Source: Octopus vulgaris (Eukaryota). Taken from it: a stretch of 64,000 bases of DNA. The notes beneath the pieces are model-generated. The model did not search any database and had not been told where the DNA came from. It was given only the letters and a program-made list of their open reading frames with translations. The stretch lies in the NCBI GenBank assembly GCA_951406725.2, contig OX597817.1, positions 117,304,001 to 117,368,000 on the forward strand, read 5' to 3'. The position numbers were made by a program, and so were the translations under genes. Positions 25,291 to 38,163 of the stretch are shown one piece after another. Positions within the stretch are counted from its first letter, which is position 1; each line of letters begins with the position of its first letter.

Positions 25291-26811
25291 TAGGGTGGAC
25301 TGAAAAATGCAACTTTCGAAATTAGTAACCAAGAATCGTTATTTTCTTGTAAATTAAAGTTAAAAGTGAGGTGTATAAAGAACTTTGCGGTTAAATATTG
25401 TTTTGAGGCTCTGCAACGCAACTGAAAATTTTAAAAAGCGCTATTTTTTGTTCGAATTTTAGATTTCATGGATTATAAGGCGTAACGAATACATATTTCT
25501 ACATAGCAGAATGCACCATAGCAAAATAGTATCCTTAGGAAGTTGCATACCGTGTTTCAATACAATAGGCGAATATCTTAAAGTTCCGCATTGACTATAA
25601 TGAGAAAGGTGGGTGTGAATTTCACTTCAGCACTTTTGCAATGGTCGTTGCATGTCACGTACCTCGTACGTGTGTGATGTTTTCTGGTTTGTACCTTGAC
25701 TCTAGGCCATTGTATTAAAATTAATGATCGTGTTAAATTTAGTGTTGTTTACGCTTAGCGATGACTCATAATACTGAACGCCCAGTATTTGGTATTCCAT
25801 GTAATCTTAGCGAGTGCGTTTTGCCAACTTACAAGGACGTACTAAAATGTGCTTCATTTGAACGTGAAAAAGAAAAGAGTGTGGTTAGAAACGATAATTG
25901 TTCTTTGACAAAAGGCATCCATCCCTTGTGCTACGATTGAGTCAGTTAAATGGAATTCCTAAACTTTTATCTAAGGTACTAAAATCTGTGAAAGTTAGAG
26001 AAAATGTGCCATCGTTTCAAAGAAAGTGTAATGTGTTTTAAAATAATGCAGCAAAAGATTTATTTGACATTTCTTCTTCCAAGTGCAACCCCTTTAAAAA
26101 CTATAGTTGTAGTAGAGACAAAAATGCATAACAGAGAGATCAAGATTTTTTACAGGATCAGTGGGCTAATTGAAAAATGATCATTGGCGGAATAAATCAA
26201 GCAGTATCTAAACACAACGTTCAGAGGTTGATTGAAAAGAATTGGTCATATCACAGTCGCCCCTCTACGTCAGCAAAGGAAAGTTTAAGGTTTTCGGTTT
26301 AACTGACTGAAACGTAAGACAAACGATGGATGCCTTTTACCAAAGAAGAATTATCTTTTCTACTACAATCTTGACAATTTGTTTAATTTATTTTAATGTG
26401 TGTGTGTAATCTAGATTTCATGTAACATATATTCGGCGACCTAGTATTAAAAATAATAAAGAAAACTAATTCGAAAAGTCTATTTATTTCACATGATTTC
26501 GAAAATTCAAGTGTGTTGCAGAGCCTAAAGATATAAATTTCAGAGCTTGAGATTTTAACTGTTGTCTTAAAGGATTTCAAGAAAGGAAAGTGATTCGTAA
26601 CAATGAATTTAAGAAAGTAAAATGAGGAACGGCAAACGAGTTACAAATTGATTCTTCGCTCATTATTCAAAATTTCAAGCGGGCTTCGGAGCCTGAATAT
26701 GTAAATTTAATAACTTCACAGTCCCTTCTAAACAATTTCGCAGTACAAAATAAATTCTTAAAAACATATTCAAAACGTTCGTGTAAAAAGTCCCTTTTTA
26801 GTGCCACCGTA
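25291..26811 (+). mobile_element. Internally deleted hAT (hATm-like) DNA transposon
   Basis: Termini TAGGGTGGACTGAAAAA / TTTTTAGTGCCACCGTA. 8-bp TSD atgtgcat (25283-25290) / atgtacat (26812-26819). Degraded coding remnant DLFDISSSKC...DFLQDQW..KMIIGGI. Confidence 0.7.
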
Positions 26812-26824
26812 ATGTACATAGCAT

Positions 26825-27200
26825 GGGCGTCTTTGAGTTTTCATCTACTAAATCCATTCACAAGGTTTTGGTTAGCCCAGGTCAATAGTAAAAGATATTT
26901 GCCCAAAGTGCTAGACAGTGGGACAGGCCTCAAAATCATGTAGTTGAATAACAAACTGCTTTCTACACAGTTATAGCCACACCAATATGTGTGTGTGTGT
27001 GTCTGTCTGTGTGAGAGAGTGAGAGAGAGTACGTGCATGTGGGCTTACCGTTTAGGGTGTTACACTCACATCATGAGATCATAGATTCAGTTCCTGGACC
27101 AGGCATTGTGTTATGTTGTTGGGCAAAACATTTCTCATACTGCTCTGTGATTCCTTCCTCACTGGATATGGGTTACAATGTACATATGCACGAAAATATC
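26825..27200. mobile_element. Head-to-head SINE fragments (main family on minus 26825-26980; third tRNA-SINE family on plus 27035-27200)
   Basis: Similar to copies at 20781 and at 46702/52745. Confidence 0.6.
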
Positions 27201-27338
27201 GATTCGATAGAGGGAGTGCCCAAATGTACGACACACAAGCATTTGATAATTTTAAACAAATCATCCATGCAAGGTGTTCAGTAAGGAATTGCATAACCAT
27301 CTTTCTCAGACTCAACAGACTACCAATAACCACACGCG

Positions 27339-27420
<82 letters not shown>

Positions 27421-27453
27421 ATCAAAATAAGCAACAAGAATAACTTCGGTAAT

Positions 27454-27539
27454 TTGGTACGATCGTTTCGTACTACATCATTTTATTAAATGTTGTAAGT
27501 ATTACAACAGTCTTAAAATGCTGAGCACTCATCAGCCAA
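27454..27539 (-). ncRNA. Hammerhead ribozyme with extended stem II, in a short element (about 27421-27722) between microsatellites
   Basis: ttgg-CTGATGA-gtgct...agtac-GAAA-cgatcg-TA-ccaa. Intact core, palindromic ACGATCGT stem III. Confidence 0.8.
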
Positions 27540-27789
27540 TTATAGAGGTTTTCCGTTAATACAAAAATTTTCATATCATGTGGCAACGTTATAGAGAAGT
27601 TAGATATATAGACAAAGATGTGGATTCAAATTTTAAGAACATTTGAGGTAGTGGAGCCAATCAACTGACTGACTAAGATTCAGTTGTTCCAGACTACTGT
27701 AAGGTTCTGAGAGGGAAGAACCTTACATATATATACATATATACATATATATACATATATATATATATATGTATATATATGTATATATG

Positions 27790-27830
<41 letters not shown>

Positions 27831-27847
27831 GGTGAGAGAGAGCGAGT

Positions 27848-29745
<1,898 letters not shown>

Positions 29746-29840
29746 ATCTCTTTTTCTCATAAGGATAAATATGAATCTCCTAGATTCTATTCTGCTATTT
29801 CATTTCTCAAGTCCTTTGTAAAAATTTTGTTTATACATCT

Positions 29841-29912
29841 TGCACTGAAGAGTACAGTGTTATATAATTAATTTAATTCAGTTTATATCTCTGTACGAGA
29901 CGATCGTCTGCA
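29841..29912 (+). ncRNA. Hammerhead motif (GAAA to GAGA variant)
   Basis: tgca-CTGAAGA-gtacag...ctgtac-GAGA-cgatcg-TC-tgca. All three stems pair; GUC triplet. Confidence 0.75.
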
Positions 29913-29997
29913 TGAATTAAAATTCTCTTATATAATTTAACATAATTGTTGAATTTTATTAAATTTCTTTCCATAAATTCACAACACATCACATACA

Positions 29998-30000
<3 letters not shown>

Positions 30001-30035
<35 letters not shown>

Positions 30036-30044
30036 CATATATAC

Positions 30045-30125
<81 letters not shown>

Positions 30126-30127
30126 AC

Positions 30128-30176
<49 letters not shown>

Positions 30177-30213
30177 AATATGTATATATATATATATATA
30201 TATACACATATAA

Positions 30214-30299
<86 letters not shown>
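30001..30299. repeat. (TA)n-rich microsatellite
   Basis: Seen directly. Confidence 0.95.
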
Positions 30300-30300
30300 G

Positions 30301-30419
30301 GCTTACGGCCATATCACGTTGAAAGCACCGGTTCTCGTCTGATCACCGAAGTTAAGTAACGTCGAGCCTAGTCAGTACTTAGATGGGTGACCGCTTGGGA
30401 AACCTAGGTGCAGTAAGCA
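30301..30419 (+). rRNA. Full-length 5S rRNA-like sequence, probably a SINE head rather than a ribosomal gene
   Basis: gcttacggccatatcacgttgaaagcaccggttctcgtctgatcaccgaagttaag...agtacttagatgggtgaccgcttgggaa...gtaagc. Helix I gcttac/gtaagc; no oligo-T terminator follows. Confidence 0.85.
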
Positions 30420-30493
30420 TAGCACATTGTAAAAATGGTGGTGCCCCAGCATGGCCACAGCTCGTGAGCTGAAAGTAGATAAAATAAAATAAA
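30301..30493 (+). mobile_element. 5S-rRNA-derived SINE (SINE3 type) with LINE-derived tail
   Basis: 5S head followed by ggtggtgccccagcatggccacagctcgtgagctgaaagtagataaaataaaat, nearly identical to the LINE 3' end at 51240-51300. Confidence 0.85.
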
Positions 30494-30500
30494 TATACAC

Positions 30501-30591
<91 letters not shown>

Positions 30592-30653
30592 CATACATAC
30601 ATACATACATACATTCATACATACATACATACATACATACATACATACATACA

Positions 30654-30685
<32 letters not shown>

Positions 30686-30687
30686 CA

Positions 30688-31545
30688 TATGAGGTCTGAT
30701 CAAAAAGTAGCCGGACTGGTGCTATAAAAAGAAAACTGCAATGCGTACCAATTTGGCATTTAATCTTCTTCAAAGTAGTCCCTCCGGAAGCCACACACTT
30801 AATCCACCACTGTTTGTATTCATGGAAGTATTCCTGGAACTCTTTTTCTGGGATAATCAGAAACTGCCTCGTCGCATTCACTTTCATTTTCTCGACGTCC
30901 TAATATCTTCTTTTCAAGCGGGATTTGGTTTTTGGAAAGAGGAAAAACTCGCAAGGGGCGAGATCTGGGCAATCCGGGTGGCTGTCGGACCTCGGAAAAA
31001 CTGTGCCTAGCCATAATGTACGGTACAAGCTGAGCTGAATGGGCAGGGCCGTTGTCATGATGCAGTTACCACTCACAGGACGCAAGCAATTGTGGCTCTT
31101 TTAGTCGTAGAAGACGCTCGCATTGCTTCAACTTATTCGTGCTTTCTTCGGTCTTGGAGAGGTTGTGGTCTTCTGCTGCGAAGTCTGAGCCTTTGTTTCG
31201 GGGTCACAGCCAGAAACTCACGATTCATAACCCATTATGACCGTTTTTAAAAACGTTTTCATTGTTCTCGACACAATGAAAGAGATCTTGGGCAATTGGA
31301 ACCCAATTTTCACTTTGGTCAGCTGAAAGCAGTTTTGGCATAAACTTGGCAGACACGCGTCTCATACCCAAATCTTCAGTGATAATGGGGTGAACTGAAC
31401 CATAACTAATCTGCACATCCTCTGATAACTAATGCAAGGTGATTCAACGATTTTCCCTCACAGCTGCCTGCACATCTGCAATGTATTTCTCAGTTCTACT
31501 GGTTGTAAGTCTCCCAGAACGTTCGTCACTATCGACATTCTTATT
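30688..31545 (-). mobile_element. Mariner remnant
   Basis: ISYGSVHPIITEDLGMRRVSAKFMPKLL, LHHDN, PDLAPCEFFLFPK. TIR-like tatgaggtctgatcaaaaagt. Confidence 0.85.
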
Positions 31546-31604
31546 GATCAGACCAAGTATGTATGTATATATGTATGTATGTATATATGTATATATGTAT
31601 GTAT

Positions 31605-32150
31605 GTCAGGTCACTTTCAAGTGCAACTGGTAACATGTAACCCAGTACAACCTGTTGCATGGTCGGGTCGTCGGCGACTGAACCGGCAACCCACCAAGCT
31701 TGCTTGGTGAGGAGGGTGTTTATTGGACACCCTGCGGGATAAAAAACAAAACCCGTCAAAGGGCGGAGGAACTCTTGAGAGCCAACGGCCATCCAATAAA
31801 TGTCTTAAGGCTGTATCATGAGCGGGAACATAGAAATAATCGGACTGAATACCCGATCGAGCGGTTAAACTGTTGGGAGTGAAGGACTCCTAGCCTTTGT
31901 TAGGGCATCTTTCTACAAGGTAACTCAGGTAACTGGGATAACTCCGGTATAAATCTGCGGCTCAGAGGTTACCGATGATGTTGACTTGTTCTTCTTTTCG
32001 GATTATGGCTGCTGTTGCTTAGTGAGTGGGATTGACTCAGTGCACAGCCTTTCCTCACTTTAAAAAATCTTCTTGCACAGGCATTGCACGATAACAACAT
32101 TGATTAAGCTTCATGCAATGGCCATACTCGATAACGAGTGGGCAGCCACC
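31605..32150 (+). mobile_element. GC-richer non-coding element between (TATG)n tracts, possibly an RTE-related non-autonomous retroposon
   Basis: Sharp composition boundaries; ends gtgggcagccacc plus (atgt)n tail. Family assignment is inferred. Confidence 0.45.
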
Positions 32151-34634
32151 ATGTATGTATGTATGTATGTATGTATGTATGTATGTATGTATGTATGTAT
32201 GTATGTATGTACTTGATACCTAGCATGTGGGCTGTATCCTAAGAGGTTATTATTTCGAAATAGTCTAAGTAAAAGATTAGCTAGCTTCCAAGACAAAATT
32301 TCTCGGGCTATTTAATTATGTCTCTTTTTTTTTTCTGATTTTCAATCTTAACAAGAACAACTGGTCCTTTCGTATTTCCTAAGTCAATAAAATTTGAGAG
32401 TTCTGCACAAATACTGAGGTTGATATGATTGACAATATTCTGTTAAACGTTTATATCGTGCCTCAAATTAGAATCCTCTCTATTTTCATTGTTACAGCTT
32501 ATGCTAACAACCTAATCTGATAACCCAATCTTCATCATCGGCCTCATCATCATCATAACCATCATCCATCAATACATCATAATCATCATTCTCATGCCAT
32601 CATCCTTATCATTATCTATCGATCCTTCTCATGCTCTTCCTCTTCGTCATCATCATCACTATCATTACCATCATCACCATCATCATCATTATCATCATCA
32701 CCAGCATTGTACAAATGAGCACCTCACTGTGATTCTAAGAATAAATTGAATTCAGTATGAAATAGAAATAATATGCACTAAATTAACTCTAATTTCTTTT
32801 TTTTATTATTATTATTCTTTCATTCTTTGTACAATTTTAGTAAGGCAATTAAGCAAGATGTTCCAATATCTCTGTCTTCTTTATTTTTTTACATCAGTTG
32901 TTTTCGTTCTTTACGTTTGTTCTTTATTCTTTTTGCTTTCATATCTCTTTCATTTAAAGTAATATTCACTTCCTTTTAATCAAGAGTTATTTACATTACA
33001 AAATGAAATAATATAAATACTTACAGCATATGAATTTAAGAGCAAATTTATGGTCAAAGGTAGCATTAGAATTTTGAATTTTGAATTTTCTCTTCAATAG
33101 ACCTATGATATTTGAATATGATGTATATTGTTTAAAAACAGAGAAATTTTCAAATCTAAAAACATCTGATTATGCATAAATCAATTTAATTTACTGAAGT
33201 GGCTATTTCTTTAAAATATTGAATTCAGTTTATTAAGTATTGTTAGAAAATTGGATAAACAATTATATCATATTTCTTTTTTATTTTAAATTTATTAATT
33301 TCATTGTATATTTTACTATTTTAGTACTTCATTCCATTAATTGATTGAACAGCTAAATAAATCTTAAATCTAGATTCCAAAATTAATGTTATTTGTAATT
33401 CCTTAGAATACAAATTGGCGCTAATGCTCTGCAGTTGGTCGTTGAAGTTTTTCCTTTTCACTTTGTTATTATTTTATGTTCTTTGGTTCAGCATACATTT
33501 ACATATATTTACATAAATATGCTTAAATACAAGAAAAGATATTTTAGAATGCATTCTGGTATTTTAAGAAAATTCTGTGTAGTATTTTTAGTATCCCCAA
33601 TATTATTTGTTACATGAATAGATTTTTCTTAAACTGTAATTTTTCTAAAGTGATGGGAGTAGAGAGGTATGTATCAATTTATTGGGCTATTTTCTCCTAC
33701 TCTTTCAGAAATTGATATATGTAAAGTGACAAATGCAGCAGAGAAAAATACAGATATGAAACTAATGGCACTTGAATATTCTTCTGAAATGTCTTGAGAA
33801 ATGTATGCTTTTATGTGATATACTTATCTATATATAAACATGACAATAGATAGATAGAAGGAAATAATAAATCGATAGACAGATAGACAGATAGACAGAT
33901 AGACAGAAAGTAGATTGACTGGGAGAGAGAGGAAAACATATATATGCATACATACATACATACATACATACATACATACATACATACATACATACATACA
34001 TGCATGCATAAAGAGGAGTGTGATCTATGTGTAAAGTAATGCACCAACATCTTACACACTAATACATGGGGTGTGCCAATAATATTATATTCTGATAATA
34101 GAATTTAAATGTATTTCATGATCTACGAACATCTTCTGTTGCCATACCATTTAATGACAGAAGCATGATGTTTAGTGAAGCTCTAAAAGATAGCAAAATA
34201 TCATAGGACTTTCTCTGTAGCCAATAATTGAAGGTATAGAATTATCTCGACCTCAGAGGGATTAATGATTTAGTTGGAGCAGCTGCACAAAGCAAATCTT
34301 TGTTTCTCACTAGAATCTGTATATTGCTTCAAGTTAATCTAGAAGTATATGTAATATTATTTGCTATCACTTTAATATTATGAAATAGTTATATTTAAAA
34401 TGAATCAAACTTGTCACAAAGAACATTTCTAAATATTGAATATAAATGTGGGAAAACTTGATGGTAAGCTAAAGGTATGACAATCTAATCTCCTGTACAA
34501 GAGAGCAGGTTTATATAACAGAGCCTCAATAGAATGGAATAACTTCTCCATGGTGACTTGATGTGCTAGAAATAGCAGCCAAATCTCAATTCAAATCATG
34601 CTTTATCATCTTCATAATTTTTTTGTATTATAAG

Positions 34635-34810
34635 CAGAAGGTCTGAAATCAGTGTGGAGACTGGGGAACTAGTAAATTATATTGACACCAGTGTTCAACT
34701 GGTACTTATTTTATTGACCCTGAAAGGATGAAAGGCAAATTCAACCTTGGGGGAATTTGAGCTGCTAAGCATTTTGCCTGGCCTGTTAACAGTTCTGCCA
34801 GCTTGCCACC
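34635..34810 (-). mobile_element. Second SINE family copy inserted into an older repeat (ctagaaatagcagccaaatc family, also near 22250, 42560, 54470, 55720)
   Basis: actggtacttattttattgaccctgaaaggatgaaaggc...ctgccagcttgccacc. Confidence 0.75.
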
Positions 34811-35035
34811 ATTAGTTAATAAAAAGCAGAATAGATTGGATAATGGGGTTCAGTTTACACTATATCTGAATAATAAAATAAGTGACGTTCTTATAGATGG
34901 AATGTCTTTGATTTTAGGTCTGCAGAATTACGGTTAAACCAGAGATAAAGATAACAAACTCATACAATAAAAATCTAAACATATTTGCACATTCATCATT
35001 CAGTGAGTGTATCATTGACATATAATACGTGAACA

Positions 35036-35430
35036 TAAGAGGGGTACCCAAAAGAAATCGGAATTTTGCAATGTTATTTTATTCACTTAGTTTTACATGT
35101 TTACGCTTTTACTGCCTTCAGATTATTCTCCATTTGAAGCAATGCATTGGTCCAGAAGCATTTTCAGCTGTTTGAAGCAGTGCTAGAACTCTTTCGAAGT
35201 AAAGCTTTTTAACACCTCTGTCGTTTTTTATTTCACTTCTTCCACATCTGCAAATCTCATGGCACCAGCTTTCGTCACCACTGATGACCTTCTGAAAAAG
35301 GTCGGGATCAACTTCCAACTATTCTCTAAGTTCATGACATGAATTGAGTTGTAACTGCTTTTGATCTTCCATGAGCAAGCAAGATACAAATTTTGCTGAA
35401 ACTCTTTTCATTCACAATTCCTCGCTCAAA
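35036..35430 (-). mobile_element. Deleted mariner remnant
   Basis: DPDLFQKVISGDESW motif. TIR-like gaggggtacccaaaag. Confidence 0.7.
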
Positions 35431-36150
35431 CTTCGCTGGAGGGAGCTCCAGGACACATGCTAGTATGACTTCACCCAAAGATGACATTCAGAAAAATGAT
35501 GCCTGAGGGTTGCATAAAGTGGCTTCTAGTGAGGAAGCCCAAACTACAATGGGCTTGTCCGACAGAGAACGTTTCCAGTTACTTTGGAGCACTCCATTGT
35601 ATGCAATTCATATGAATGCAATATGATGCAAAAATCCTTGATATTCAAACACATGCTATGCAACAATTTTTCATGTTTCATCTTGTTCAGGAAAGGAGGT
35701 AGAGCAAAGATATGGCTTTTGTGGGCCTTTCCAAGTTTTTGAAACTGATACAACAAAGGGTTAACCTCAAAATCTGTATGAAAATTTGTGTCAGAAGAGC
35801 TGGGTGTTGTCTCCAAAGAAACTTGCATCAGTGTGTACTTTGCTAAAGTCTCACAAGGAATTATCAAAGTGCTAAATTCAGGAAGCACGTTAGGCCTAAA
35901 GATTATAGAAAAGCAACAAAAAACAACCACTATGAAGTATCAGGGCCTCTATCAGGAGATAATTTGTCATTAAAATATACTTAAAAGTAAGTAAATGAGA
36001 TATCAGTTGCCATAGAACAACCAGAAATTTCATAGCAGAACTTTGCCAAAACTTGGCAACAATTCATTGGTTATAAACTGTAAGAAGTTAAAATAGCAAT
36101 TAACAAAATATCTGGAAGAATATATTACTGTAGCAGGAATGGTGTCAATA

Positions 36151-36356
36151 TACGAGGGGTTGCTGAAAGGTTTCTGGCTTTAAGAGCATCAGAAAAGACC
36201 TGGTTGGAGGCCCAACTGTTTGAGTTCTTTCACAGGGATTAGTAAAGCTGAAGGACTGCTGCAATAAGTGTGTGAATCTGAGAGGGGATCATAATTAACT
36301 GATCCTCCTGTATTTTCTTTTACTCAAAGCCAGAAACTTTTCAGCACGCCCTTGTA
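36151..36356. mobile_element. Mariner-type MITE
   Basis: TA|CGAGGGGTTGCTGAAAGGTTTCTGGCTTT ... AAAGCCAGAAACTTTTCAGCACGCCCTTG|TA. Confidence 0.85.
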
Positions 36357-36449
36357 TAATGAATCAAATATGAAGTGGATTGCAACCTAAGACTCATAAC
36401 ATCACAAAGTCTTATGATTGAAATTTATAATGAAGAAACTGGACGGAAG

Positions 36450-37420
36450 CCCATCACTCTAACTGTTCCTCTTTTGGGGTCAGTATACATGAACTGGCTT
36501 TTGGTTTCCTTCAGTGAATTAGAATCTGTTGCAAGTTATTAATCCTGCTTTTCTGAAGTTATTATTGCAAGTTATTAAACCTGATTTTCTGGTTAAGCTT
36601 TTTAAAAAGAATTGTGACATGACTTGGATGGAGTATAGAATGACTCACTTATGGGATTCTGTACACAGAATTAAGCTCTCATCACTTCCTTTCACATTTT
36701 CTTTGGTATTCTTCTGCAGGCTTCATCCATTGCATTGTTTGACAATATTCTTTCATGTCACACTTTTCATATGCCTCATATGTCAATACCAATGCAGTTT
36801 TCTCTCCTGCACTCAACAGATAATACCTTTAATCCTGATATTTCTCTTTCAGTATAGTTTCCTTCAGTCTCTTATGAATGTCAGTATTATACAGCCACTA
36901 TAGCATGCACACCTCATTTATTTTCAGCCTTTGTGTATCTTCCTCATTCAGTGCTCATGTCTTATTAACTCACAAAACTTCTTACTCAATGATCACAGAG
37001 TCAGCAGCTCATTCATAGAGATATGCCTATTGTTGACACCAAAGGAAATGATATCTCACTGAATTTTTTAAGCTTTACCCATAGTGCAATTACTGCACTT
37101 TTACATCATCTACACTCACTTATTTTTAGTTGACCAATGAAATAGAAACTACAAAGTACTTCTAGTGAGTTTTCTTTTTTAGTTGAATTAATATGTTGCT
37201 TATTCTTCCTACTAAGTATTCCAATGCACCTATTAAATATGAAACAATTCTTCTTTGCTAGACTGCCTGACATGTCATTTCATCTCTTGTTTCCAAATGT
37301 CTGCAGTGGATAAGCAGTTTAGAATTCCTATTCTCTCTTTGCATATCAAGCATGCCCATTGCCCTTAGATCTATGAATTAAAACCCCTAAAACTATCACT
37401 AGTATACTAAAAAGTTACAG
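36450..37420 (-). mobile_element. Degraded RTE-clade LINE 3' fragment
   Basis: Minus strand reads ALNEEDTQRL...IKGIIC*VQERKLHWY*HM, like the RTE RLRWYGHV motif. Confidence 0.6.
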
Positions 37421-38163
37421 ATTCCTTACTAAAATGAGCTCGTGAAAGTATATGTACGTGACCAATATCATGGTGTCATCAATCCCTTTCCCACCAATCA
37501 CTGCTTAGCTAAGTGAATCATATTTAACACCACCTCTTCAATCAACAGCTTTTATGAAGTAACAAAATTGGAAGAAAAACCTATACCTGAAGTAATGAAA
37601 CAGAAGTGAACCATACCTCACACAGCCACGTACACCAAGTATCTCAGTGAAAGAATGAAAGTGAAAGTATTAGAGAATCTGTATATATAAAAGGCAGGAT
37701 ATGTGTGTGTGTTTGTGTGTGTATGTGTGTGTGTGTGTGTGTGTGTGTATGTACGTGAATGTAATTTATGCATGTCCACAAATTAGCACGCATGTTGCTC
37801 CAATTTTAGGACAGTCATCATGACCCAAGCTGTATTTTCGACAGCTTATTTTTCCCAGAGGCATCAGCAAATAGCAGTAAAAATAAATTTTCAACCAAAA
37901 CTTTTAACAATTTTCAAGTCAGAGAAATCACCATTGTTTGCAAACAGGAGTTAAGTTCCCTTCTAGTGACGAGTAAATTTTTAAGACTTCTGTTGTTTTT
38001 TCCATCGAGAAAAAAATATTTTGTTGATATACGGGCAACACACACACGCACACACGCACACACAAACAGGTATGCGTGCAAAAAACGTATTCAATAGATG
38101 TACTTACGTACGTGTGTGTATGTGTGTGTGTGTGTGTTGCCCATATATACACATATATATATA

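Noticed and set aside
30301-30419. Functional 5S rRNA gene
   Set aside because: Solitary, no oligo-T terminator, fused to a LINE tail and embedded in (TA)n.
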